From NCBI GenBank assembly GCA_964252035.1, contig OZ176203.1: 64,000 nt of DNA; one strand, written 5' to 3'. The stretch comes from Podarcis erhardii (Eukaryota). The notes beneath the pieces are model-generated. The model saw only the letters and a program-made list of their open reading frames with translations, did not search any database and was not told the origin of the DNA. Both the position numbers and the translations under genes were made by a program. Of this stretch, positions 16,988 to 29,300 are shown piece after piece (the stretch's first letter is position 1; each line of letters starts with the position of its first letter).

Positions 16988-17391
16988 TATGATTGTTCGC
17001 TGCAACAAGTAGGCTATAGTCAAACTGTTCTTGTGTTAGAATAGCAGTGCAGAGTGGTATACCGGTCACGCATGTTGCTACAAGGGTCCAGTGACGTGTT
17101 GCTCTGTCCAGCATATGAACATTGGAGAGAAAACTAAAATTACAGGGACCAAAATTATTTCACAGAATTAACCAACCAGGAAAAATCCTGAAAAGATAGT
17201 AACAAAGTAACTTATTCCTAAAACATTGCTTTCCAATAAAAAGGGCTGCTTTCAATCATGAGGCACAAAGCATTCTAGAGGAGAAAGTTAAGAAACTGCA
17301 AATAGTTTCTACAGCAAGTAGTAGTTTCTACTACCCTCCTTAGTGTGATAGTACATGCAATCTTTCATTTATATTGAAGTATATTGTTGAA

Positions 17392-17749
17392 GGGACGCGG
17401 GTGGCACGGTGGTCTAAACCACAGAGCCTAGGGCTTGCCGATCAATAGGTCGGTGGTTCAAATCCCTGTGACGGGGTGAGCTCCCGTTGTTCAGTCCCAG
17501 CTCCTGCCCATCTAGCAGTTCGAAAGCACGTCAAAGTGCAAGTAGATAAATAGGTACCGCTCCAGCGGGTAGGTAAACACCATTTCTGTGCGCTGCTCTG
17601 GTTTGCCAGAAGCGGTTTAGTCATGCTGGCCACATGACCCGGAAGGTATCTGCGGACAAACGCAGGCTCCCCTGACCTATAGAGTGAGGTGAGTGTGTAA
17701 CCCCAGAGTTGTCTGCGACTGGACCTAATGGTCAGGGGTACCTTTACCT
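17392..17749 (+). mobile_element. Sauria SINE (Squam1-type)
   Basis: GGGACGCGGGTGGC tRNA-like head with B-box GGTTCAAATCC, ~360 bp, ends in CCTTTACCT tail; homologous to 42888-43251. Confidence 0.9.
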
Positions 17750-20700
17750 GTACACTTGAATGCACACTTTAAAGTAAACCACAATAAATTGAAACCCATT
17801 TTCCAGCATTCCTGTAGATCAGTGAAAAGCATAAAGCTCAACTGCATTAAAGTAGCTAGACATCAATGTACATAATAAATGAACTTTCCCCTTAAACATA
17901 AGACTAATCTTGCAAGTTAGTACTGTACTGCAGTTTCAGAAAGTGCTGAACTAGAAACCATCTACAGTATGTCTTGCAAACCAATACTTCTGTATAAAAA
18001 TGGCAGTTACACAGAGTTTCTAAGTTTTCATATTCCCCATAGATCTATGTTGAATTTAAAATTATGAATTTCTGAAAACTTTAAATTTAGTTCAAATGCA
18101 AAATAGTAGTTGACGCTCGTGACATAAAGTGTTATTTGAATATACCGGTACTTGCAGGGGGCGGGTGATGGTGAAGCAGAGATATACTAAAAGCTATTAA
18201 GTATTTCAGAATAGGCTTACACATTGAAATAGCTGCTCCACCACCACAATGTACAGTTTTTGTAAGTTTGTAACATGCAAGAAAGTCAGTATTAGTCTAG
18301 TAAAAGGCCTGTCACACTTAACTAAATTTCCCCTTTATTGTCTTTCCCCCTAATGCTTGCTTGTGGTAATGGTGACTCTCAATTGTAATTAATGCTTAGA
18401 AATACTCAAAATACAGTTGAAAGTGGGCTGCAGCGGAATCAAAGTAACATGGCCAAAACAAATGCTTATTAGAAATGAAAAATGTGTCAGTAGCATTTAC
18501 AATAATATATCCAAAAATAGAATTCCTATAGAGGTGGCGACAGAATTGTGGGTTAAGCTTAGCTCATTTATCTCTAGACAGAGAAAAATACTTCCCATAG
18601 CTGGAACAAATTTCTCAGTCCCAATAGGACTAACAGGAAACTCATGGTGAATTGGCCATGTAAGTTTTGACACTAGTCACACTCAGAATAAGACTCATGG
18701 AAATCAATGGACAAAGTGCACTGATTTCAACAGATCTACCCCAAGCATGATTTACAGAGAAATCCAAGCCCCTAATCTGCTATAGTGGAAGGAGTTTGGG
18801 TGGTGCAAAGGTATCCCTCTGCCCAGCCCCGCAGGCAAGAACCCCCTTGTACCACCCAGCAGCCTTTCCCGTTGGTAGTCAGCAGGAAGCCCTGAAATGG
18901 GGTGTTGTGGGGGAAAGCCAGCACTGGATCTACTGGATGGCATTGACTCATTTTAGGCCTTTGTTGCACTGGGAGCATTTCCCCTCCACTCTGGCTGGGA
19001 CAAGTTCTGGGGCTGTGCTGTTCCATCAAGCCCTGCCATTGCTGGCCAGAGCATATGGTTGCGCACTAAGCTGGATATTAGCCTATGAACGGCCAGTGTG
19101 TTAAGTGACAGCAGTCTTAACAGATGAAACAAGGACTACCAAAATTGTTAAATTGGGGAAAGTATATGCTAACTTTTCCTCTTCCCAACTAGACTCTTTC
19201 TGCCTTGATCACTCATGTCAACATAATACAGGAATCAGCATTTGGTTCTGAAAGGTGCTGCCAGCCTACAGTTACCACCCGAAGAGGTAAAGTATCTCTG
19301 GAAGAAATGCCATTTGTGGCAACAGAACTGGCTAGCAGCCACTTAATGGGGTAGGAATTGAAATTTAACCCGCTTACTCCTGTGTGAAACTGATCTCGCA
19401 GGGGAATTAATTGCTGAGCAAGGACCTAAAATGTAAGATAGCAAGAGCCCTGCTGCATGAGACCAAAGGCCTATCTAGTGCAGGTTCCCATTTCTCTGTG
19501 GTCAACCAGATGCCTATGGGATGCCGTCCATTAGGTCATGAATGCAACAGCACTCTCCTGCTCTTACCAGCATCCAATCTTCAGAGGAATACCAGCTCTG
19601 TGTGCTCACACCACCATTAAAGCACATTCTAAGCACATGGTTTCTCAAAGGGTTTGGAGCACTGTCGTTTACCCCACAGTTACAATTTCCAGCAACCCTT
19701 AACAAACTATTGTGCCCAGAATTCTTTAAGAGGGGAAAGGTACTTTAAAAATATAGTGCGGACAGAACCCCAGGTCCTTGAAGTAACATATATTAGTCAT
19801 TATTAGGAGATACGGGTGGACATTACCCATCTTGAATCAGGTTCCAAAATTATGAGGGAGAAAAACTTTGCTATGTACTTCCTTCACACTAAGCATAAAT
19901 TTATATAACTCTCATCATCCCTGCTTATGCGCCTTTCTTTGAAAATGTTTAGTTCAAAACATTCTTAGTTTTTAAGTCACCTAAACAATCTTCTATGCTG
20001 AAAACTAGAAGTTGATTTGTGAGATTCATACACTGAAGAAAGAAAAAATTAATAATTATGTACCAAGCAAGAAAGCAAGAACCAAGAACAAAATAAAAGT
20101 ACATAATGAGGTGGCAAGTATAGGCAGAGGAATCAAATGTGGAGTAACACACACAGAACCTTTAGCACTGAAGGGAACTTGTTTTGAGGAACTGAGGTGC
20201 AGCAGGAATTAAACTGAAAAACTAGGAAGCTTACCCCAAGGAACAACCAATGCAATGGGAGACACTTCAACAGAAAAACAGATTTTTTTAAACAGCTGTT
20301 CAAAGTAGTAAGTAGAAAAATATAGGTATGCCAGCCAATTTGATCCAATAATTAGCACAATACAATTCTGCAAATATATCAATTTCTTAGAGGAGGTTTG
20401 AAAATTAGGCAGTACCAGTTAGATATGAGAAAGTTTCCAATATAATCATGGTAGATAAGAGGAGATAAACCTTTGGCTGGCTTATCACATATGCTGCTTA
20501 ATAAACTCCTTAACCCTTCAAAAAAAAATGTTTGATACAACTAACAAACAATAGAAATACCACACATTAAAACATTATGCTCTACGTGTGAACAAGTAAG
20601 TTCTTGTGCTTGAGCAAATATACTTGTTTCAGTCATGGGGATCACTGTTGGCTGTATAGCTGCTTGCCCAATGCCCAGACAGGAGTAACCCCAGGCATTT

Positions 20701-23700
20701 CTGCTGCCTATCTGTAACTGATCGATGTGCCAATAATTTTGTTCACACCAATGTATTTGCAAGGCAGGGAATGTGTGGAGCAAACGTGTGAAGTTGATAG
20801 AAAAACTGCTAATTGGAAGGTTAACACTTTGAATTAAGACAGAATAGTGCATTACTGATGGTCAGTATCATATATTGACAAGACGCATAGGAACACCACA
20901 TTCCAAAAATAATTATTTCTCTGAAGGATAACAGCTAACTTTTGTATATAACTTTCAAGCATTCAAAGTGCTTCAAACATAATCTAGCTGTAATCCTTAC
21001 AACACTAAGCCAAATCAGTTTTATTATCCAACCCATTACAAAATTATGGGGACCTGAGGTTGAGAGTAGTTTGCCTAAGGCAAAGGCAGATTTAGGGGAG
21101 CACAACTGGTTTGGCTTCACTGGGTGTGGCGCTTTAGGGGCGCCACAGGGGACTCCACAACTATGATTTAGAACGGAGTGCAAGAGGCAGTTGCGTGCGC
21201 TGAATTTTGGCATCACACATGGCGCTGCTGAAATTCTGAGACCCAAAAGTCTGCCTAGTGAGTAAACGGCAGAGGTGAATTTGCAACTAGGAACGTCCTG
21301 ATTTGTAGTTAAAATCTCTTAAGCCACTGCAGTATTCTAGCACTATTTAAGCACCATCTTTTTAACTCGCCCTGTGATTTACCTGAGTGCTCCTGCTTCT
21401 GCAGTATTTGCTGTTAAGCATGCAGGAATTCACTATGGTTTAAAGCCACAGCAGTACAGAATTTTTGCCACAAGGGGATTTTGATAATCTGAGCAAAATC
21501 ATGCAATTCATTAAGTCAAACCGCCTTCATAGGCCAGCACAGATGATATGCCGCAAAAAGCTTCAGGTAATCTACAACTTCGGCTGTAATGAGGTTCTTT
21601 CACAGTTAACACAGATAAAGCCCAGCTGCAGTTCTACAATATAGCAAGTAAATCCTTTGGAATTTAATATTTCACTGGACATCTGATAGCAAGCTACTCA
21701 CAATGAGAAGATAGGAGAGGGAACAATGTTTGCACAAGCATCTAGTCACAAAGAATTATTTTCCTTCCTGCTCATGCTGCATGCAGTTCTCAAAATTGAA
21801 CAGAAAATTCTAGACACTAGTCAAGCTCCTCTTCCATGCTTAGTGTAAAATAAAATAAAGGAGCATATGGGCTTCATCCCATTTTAACTATCAATAGTTT
21901 AACACAATAAAATGCTTCCCTGTCCATTTAGGGCATTCAACGAATAAGGACTCAAGCAACAAGAGTCTCCTACTAGCCACAGGAAAATGGTAGAGACAAA
22001 AGACGAGTTCACACAGTTTATAGTGTGTGATTAACACATGGCAGCTTATTTCCACATGTGTGAATGAGCTTCCCTGAAAAGTACGGGCTGGATCCTAAGA
22101 ATTGCTTGTGGAAGGAAAACAACAAAAGGGGATTGTCCTTCTCCCTACAACACTCTTTTCTGAGGGTTGGAGGGTCCTCCTTGAGTGGGTGGGCTATGGC
22201 ACAGTGGGATGGGGAGATTGTCCCAACTCAGGCAGCAGAACCTCATGCAAGTGCATCTTTGCTGAAGACACTTCAAAATCTTGGGCAATTCTCCCCTTTC
22301 CCCTAGCTCCCAAGGTCATAACTCACCCAGGTTTTTCAACCCTCAGGAAAGGTGATTTGGAGATGTAGGAGGGAGAGCAGGGAGGTTCTTTTCTGCCCAT
22401 TTCCTTTAATGAGTGGTTCCTAAGATCTACTAATCTACTGTAAATGAGGTGATGTATCTACAGTCATGATGAGCCGTTACTATGCCAACCACAATATTCT
22501 GTTATCTTCCATAATCTCCATTCAAGAAGAGTGCTTGTCTCCCCCCCCCGCCCAACTGCTTTTTTCCTATAACTTTCTCTAGCATCCTACATTTCCCTTT
22601 TTGGGAAGATCTGGGTTTTTTGTGTTTTTTTTAAATACATACTACCATAGTTTGCTTGAACAGAGAAAGAAAAACTGATGTAAATGTTTAGCCATATAAC
22701 ATTTGCTAGTGTTACCAGCATGTTTATGAATAATACAGAACTTTTTTTGGGGGGGGGGGGTTTCTCTTGAACAACTTATGAAAATTGTCCCAGGAAAGCT
22801 GCACTGAAATGCAAGGGAGGTATGAAGGAAACACTTAGGAAACGTCCTTCTAGAAAAGATGGACACCATAACAAATTAATATTTTGCATTCAGTTCAAAA
22901 TGGAATTGCACTTTGCGATAATACCACTGTGGTGATGAACATTCGCTTCTATACAAATGTGTAGCTAAAGGGACAACAGCATACTTATTCTACTTCCATC
23001 TCTTTACTTTCCTTTGTAACTTAGTAATGACATGACACCCAGAGTTTAATACACTGCCTGGAAAAGGTTTGCTAGTTACAACTTAAATTCAACTGGGAAG
23101 CAAATTTAATCATTATACTTGTTTCTCTAAAGCTAATTCTTTAAAATTCACGGTCCTTTTAAAAAGACATAACATGGCTTAAAAATCATGAGGTTTAAAA
23201 TTCCATTTTGGATTCTTTTTATTTCTCTTTTGCTTTTTGAATCTTCAGTGGACACTGCAGACATACCACAACCACTAAAATCTATTAGTTTTTAAATGAA
23301 AACTGAGGCTCCCATTACTTTCAGCATTCAAAAGCTCCCCCAAAGTGACAATATGTAATGAAGACCCAGCAAGTTGGTAGCCATGCATACCTCCTTTTGT
23401 GTTAGCAGCGCTAACACAAAAACAGAATGTTAAAGTTTACTCACTGAAGTCAGTGGCAAAAATTCATTTGCACAAAGAACTGCTTCTGGTAAAGCAAAGG
23501 AAGCTATTTACACAAACACAGTCTGATACAAACACACTAAAAACTTTTCCTACGGGTGATCAGTTTCTATATATTTAATGTCAAATGATTAGGAAAAATG
23601 TAGGATTACTGTTGGATGGATTGCTTTTATGGAAGACAGGGATTTCCCATTAGCTGTTACAAACAAAAAATAGGATTCAATAATTAGCAGAAGAGTAAAA

Positions 23701-25934
23701 TTAAACCTTTAGGCACTTTGAGGACTTGTTTTAATGTGTGCCATTCATATTGAGGTATTACATTACAGCTTTAAAGTGACTGCTGCCAAAACTCTGACAG
23801 AAGCATGCATTAATTATTATTCAGAACATTTTCACTTAAAATGAATAAATGAGACGTTTTGCCAAGAAGGAAGAAAAGGATTTTTCAGGTTTCTGCTACA
23901 CATTAATTTTAAAGAGGCAATAGTCTCAGGAGTCTCTCTTCCAGGGGGAAAAGATAACCCGCAATACCTCCTAAGTAGTTGTCTGAAAACTATCTCCAGG
24001 AGGGTTTTGTCATAGCCTTGTGAAAGTAAGTTTAAAAAAGAAAGAAAAAGAAAAAGTATTTTCACAATCACTTGACACTAATCATTTTTCCAAGGCCAAA
24101 GTAACAAGTTCCATGTTCCTGTATAGAAAGATAGTCTTTGAAAAAACATTTTTAACAATAATTACTGGTCTAAGGAAATATGAACTGTTGCAGCTCTAAT
24201 ACAAAACAGGCTAATATTTTGATTTAAGTCAACACTAAACATACCCACATACATGGGGAATGTTTCACTCAAACGTTGTCAACCAATCCAATTAACTGCT
24301 GTTAGAAACATAACAATTAACATGAATACTAGAGAAAATCTGGAAGGGTAAAGTGATCGCTGCTACATAGAATATTTAAAAATGGTTTAAGACTATCTCA
24401 TTACACTAAATGCAAAAGAACGCACTTGTGAGTTTCTCACTTTGTTCAACTATAAATCCTCAGTTTGATAAGCAGCATTTTTGTATTAACTCAATTGTAT
24501 AAAATACCTTCAAGCTTGTGCTCATTAAATATATATGTATATATAAAACATACAAAAAGTACAAGATAGTCACATTAAGAAACTATTACAGTTTTCCTTT
24601 TTTATTCTTGTCAAGGGTCAAATTTCTGTTCACCAATTCTCAATGCGACTTTAGTTCCAGAATTCGGTATAGTGCACAGAATTCAACTACCTGTGCAGTC
24701 TGTTTTAAAAAAACAAAAAACCACACACACACCACAGGACAAAAATGGTCTTCTTAAATCAAATTCTATTTGTGAATTCAGCAAAATAATTTCTATAAAA
24801 TAAAACAGCAAATATTTAAATAGTATAGGGTGGGCTGTATCTGTTTTGCAGGGGTATTTGGTTTTTCGACAGATTCCAAAATAATTACACACATTCAAGT
24901 TACCAATTTTAATTTAAATACAGTATTTACTGATGTCTTCCTTGAAGTCCTTAAACAAATGTTTACTCTGGAATAGAGATACCTCAGTTTTGTATTTGAC
25001 TAACCAGTAGTTTTGTTTTTTTTTAATAATCAAACTCTGCTTCTAAGGTTTTGATTTCTCTTATCATGGACAAAGAGCTAAGATTCAATTCTTGTTTTCA
25101 AGTAGAATTATGAATGAGCAGAAAACCAGCAAGTTAACTTGGTGCAGTGGCACTCACAAGTATTGTGTGATTTTGTTGACTTCCACTTCACTGCAATGCA
25201 GTAGAAAGGAAAGTGTTAGAAGTTTATCAAATAAGCTCTACCAAAGAAACAAAACAAGCACACCAAATACAGTCTATTATGCTCCAGGCATCCTGGCATA
25301 GCAAAAATTTGCATATTTGTTTTAAATCTTTTAATTTCCTATTACTGAAAACTAAGTGTTCTTTTATCCCACCCAGAGACAAAACTGTCAAACATCAGAT
25401 GTGAGGAACATATGTGCAACTGAAAACCACCTGTTTGTCACATTGCCCAACCCTCCCCTCCCTGTTTTATATTCTAGGTGGCAGAAGAATAGGCTCTGAA
25501 CAACACAGTTGTCACTCTGGGACAACTGTAATTTTTCTTTCCTCACTGGCTACACTAACCTGGTGTGAAGCCATGCTAAATGTTACAGCTTAACTATAGC
25601 TTCAAAGTGATTAACCTAATACCAGAATGAAAAAGGCAATGAAAAAAGACCTAGAAACAATGTTACATCACCAATTTTCCACATCAACCAAATAATTAAA
25701 AGGTTACCAGTCATTACGTTGCTCATAGTAAAATTGACTCCAGTGGCAAAGAATTAACATGAAACTATTTTTCTGGTTGACATGGAGAGGCTTACTTTTT
25801 TGGGGGAAAGAAGTTGATCCAACTGCCATTAGGCAGGCAACACTGGTTGTAGAGCGCAGCGGATATATCAAGAAATTAATTGTTGTAGATCTGTGAGTCT
25901 CATCAAGACAAAAAAATGTTTCTTGCTTAAGAAT

Positions 25935-26122
25935 NNNNNNNNNNNNNNNNNNNNNNNNNNNNNNNNNNNNNNNNNNNNNNNNNNNNNNNNNNNNNNNNNN
26001 NNNNNNNNNNNNNNNNNNNNNNNNNNNNNNNNNNNNNNNNNNNNNNNNNNNNNNNNNNNNNNNNNNNNNNNNNNNNNNNNNNNNNNNNNNNNNNNNNNNN
26101 NNNNNNNNNNNNNNNNNNNNNN
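25935..26122. other. Assembly gap (188 N) in the proximal USP9X 3' UTR
   Basis: Run of N seen directly. Confidence 1.
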
Positions 26123-26199
26123 CCAGACACAGAGAAAAGTTGGACTGTAAGGCCTGGGTGCACAGTCTTGATGGGGCAAGTTAATTATGTGCATTTCCA

Positions 26200-26334
26200 C
26201 TATTCTTTCGTCTGAGGCGGTGAAACCTCTTCACTGCCTTCATAATTTTCTTGTGCTCGTTGGCCAGTTCGCTGAGGGTTGTTCATATGATGTGCTGCTG
26301 GGCCTGTATATGGTTGTCCATGCACATGGTTATT
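26200..26334 (-). CDS. USP9X: USP9X last coding exon (45-equivalent)
   Basis: [10 protein letters not shown]...SPPQTKE; TAG at 26202-26200. Confidence 0.96.
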
Positions 26335-29300
26335 CTGGAAGAGACAAAACACATGTTAAGAATAACTTTTATATTTCCCCAAAAAAGTAGCTCAGGGAAC
26401 TGGGTAAGCAATAATTTATATTTTTAAATTACAACCAGAGAGCTACTCACACTTACCGCCAACTAAAAATAGAACAGATAAATTTGCACTGAAATTGAAA
26501 GGTCAAGGTTACAGTTAATTAATTCCAACTTCATGCAAAAGCTGAAGCTTTATGTGAAGGTCCTCAAAACAAATCTTCAGAAATGGAATGGTGGGGAGGA
26601 AAGTTTTAATTAGTACACAGAAGCAGGAAGTGATAATTGTGAATGGCCTTTCTTCCAAAGGGACAGTATATTTCTTGTGTCAAACTTAATAAAATGACTT
26701 GAGGTGATTATCATCAAATATGTTTGTTTTAACTGTTAACACACCTAAACTGGCAGATGTAAAACATTCGTGTACCTTTGTGTAATGTGAAGTTGGGTCA
26801 ACTATGAACCTAAAATTGGACTTAAAATATAGCCATTGTGCATGTTAGGAGGTGAAAAAAGCCAGCTCTTGTGAGAAAGTGAAGACACCACACACTAACA
26901 AATAAGGGAGCTGGTGATTAAACGTGTTTCAACTTTGAGGAGATTGGGTCTATATCACTTACCAACTGCTCTGCTGAACACATCGATAAAGAAAGCAAGA
27001 TGAAGGAAAATGAGCAGGAAAGGAAATTAACAGATTAAGGATATAGAATTAATTATTTTAGGAAAGGGAACAAATACTGGTTATGTATGACTTACAAAGG
27101 TAATGCAAGATAATTACAATTTTAGCTTTCTGGAGTTAGCACTACATTTACAAAGGCACTTAACTTTTAAGAGATATGCATACATGCAACTTAAGGTCAC
27201 ATGGTGTTATACATGAACTACAGCAGGGCAGAATCAGAGACTTCAATGCTGGTTCAGAAACTTCTATTAGCAGATCACTGTGTGCAAAACTTAAGTGAAA
27301 TTTTAGGCATTTTACAATGCATAGGTTGTTTTCTAAAGTGGTCTTCAAAGCATCAATGGACATGTCATATTGGGGGAATTTAGTTTTTCTCTGGATGCAC
27401 CTGTGAGCTGATTCAAGTTGGCTTGCTGGCTCACAGAGAAAAAAGTTAGATAATTGTTCCCATATAATGGTTGTGTGTGAGGGCATTCACAAGATACTTT
27501 AAAAAAACAAAACAAAAACCTGTCTGCTAATTACACTTTGCTGGAAGAGCCCCTCTACCTGAATCACATTCTATGATGTTCTTGTGAAAGTTATCCTTGT
27601 CCTAAAAGGAACAAAACTGGCAATAAGTTTTTTAAAAGCTGAAGCAAAAAGTTCAAAGGATACCAAAATGAATTGACATGTTTTAAAGATAATTCTCTGC
27701 TTACCTGTTGATACTGGGAACCAGGTGAATGGGGATACAATGGAGCATCTTCTGGTGGAGAGGACTCATGCTCATCAGGGGCATCTGGGTCATCTGGTTC
27801 CTAAAAATGAAAATTGCCCATTAAAACAAAAAATTAAACTACTTTTCACATTTAAATTCCTTGCCCTTATTTTCTTCTGGCAATTGATTGGACCCAGAGA
27901 AATTCCTGCAGAATGTGTGGGTGGAAGCCGACTACCCTGCCGCTTCCATCACATCATTGCCCACTATCCCAGCCTCTTTTGAGGGTTAGGGCAACCCTGA
28001 TATATGACTGGCTATGACATGGAGCCTAAGGGAGGAACTCCAAAATAAAAATCTGGGCAGATTCTCCCACCCCCAAATGAATCAGGATACCCAGACACTT
28101 GGAAGAAGCTCTTTTTAAGAAAGAACAAGAAGGAAATTCAGCTTCTGCCAACCCCTTCTGTAGGCACCTCTCTAAATCCTATACTATGTAACAGCTATCA
28201 GAAGTAGATGCTGCTATATTAAGAATTACAGGTTTGGAGGCTGTGGCCAGAGGAGTGCTCAAACTCCCTTGCCTCTCACAGTGCTAACAGGGGGCACTTG
28301 GTACAGTGGAGGGCTTAACTCCTGCCTACTTATGAGTTCCGAAGTCTCACTAAGCTAGAAACAACATACCGTATTTTTCCCACTATAACACGCAGATTTT
28401 TTCTCCTAAAAAGGAAGGGGAAATGTCTGTGCGTGTTATAGAGCGAATGTGTGGTCCCTGGAGCCGAAAAATCAGGCAAAAAATCAAATCGCTCCGCTGC
28501 ACGGAGAAGCGAAACCTGAAAAGAGGAAGTGGCTGCTTTCCTGCATTCTGCCTCAGGGTCTTACTGCCCACCCTCCTCTGTTTCGTTGCTGTGTTTGCTG
28601 AAACGGAACAAAGAGCAGGGAAAGCCCCTCCCCTCCAGGCAAGCAGAGGGGAATTCCTCTCTGTGCTGCTGGGGGAGAGGGAGAGAGAGGGGGGAAGGGA
28701 GAGGGGGGGAGGGGGAGGGAGGGAGAGGGGGGAGGGAGGGAGGGAGGGAGATATATGGCTGGCTTGGGTGGGGGGAAACTTTTGCCTTTCTTTCCTCCCT
28801 CCCGTTAAATCCCTCTCCTGCATTCTTAGCCAGCTGCTTCTCTGCACACCCCTCTCATGTCCCTTCTTTGTTTTTCCTTCGCTCCCCACTTAAAATGTGG
28901 TTACAAAGCATAGATCCACATGGATCCTCAAGATCTTTGCATTGGGTCACCCCAAATTCACCATCAGATCACATAGCATGTCCATGGCTACAGCCTGCAA
29001 CAAAAAAATCACGCACCCACTGTTGCCTGGGGCTGCAATGGTGCAAAAATGTGGTTACAAAGCATGGATCCACAGGGATTCTCAGGATCTTTGCCTTGGG
29101 TCACCCCAAATTCACCATCAGATCACATAGCATGTCCATGGCTACAGCCTGCAACAAAAAAATCACGCACCCACTGTTGCCTGGGGCTGCAATGGTGCAA
29201 AAACGTGGTTACAAAGCATGGATCCACAGGGATTCTCAGGATCTTTGCATTGGGTCACCCCAAATTCACCATCCGATCACATAGCATGTCCATGGCTACA

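Noticed and set aside
17392-17470. tRNA gene at SINE heads (also 43170-43251 and 40030-40096)
   Set aside because: A/B-box-like heads continue into SINE bodies and tails; no complete cloverleaf.
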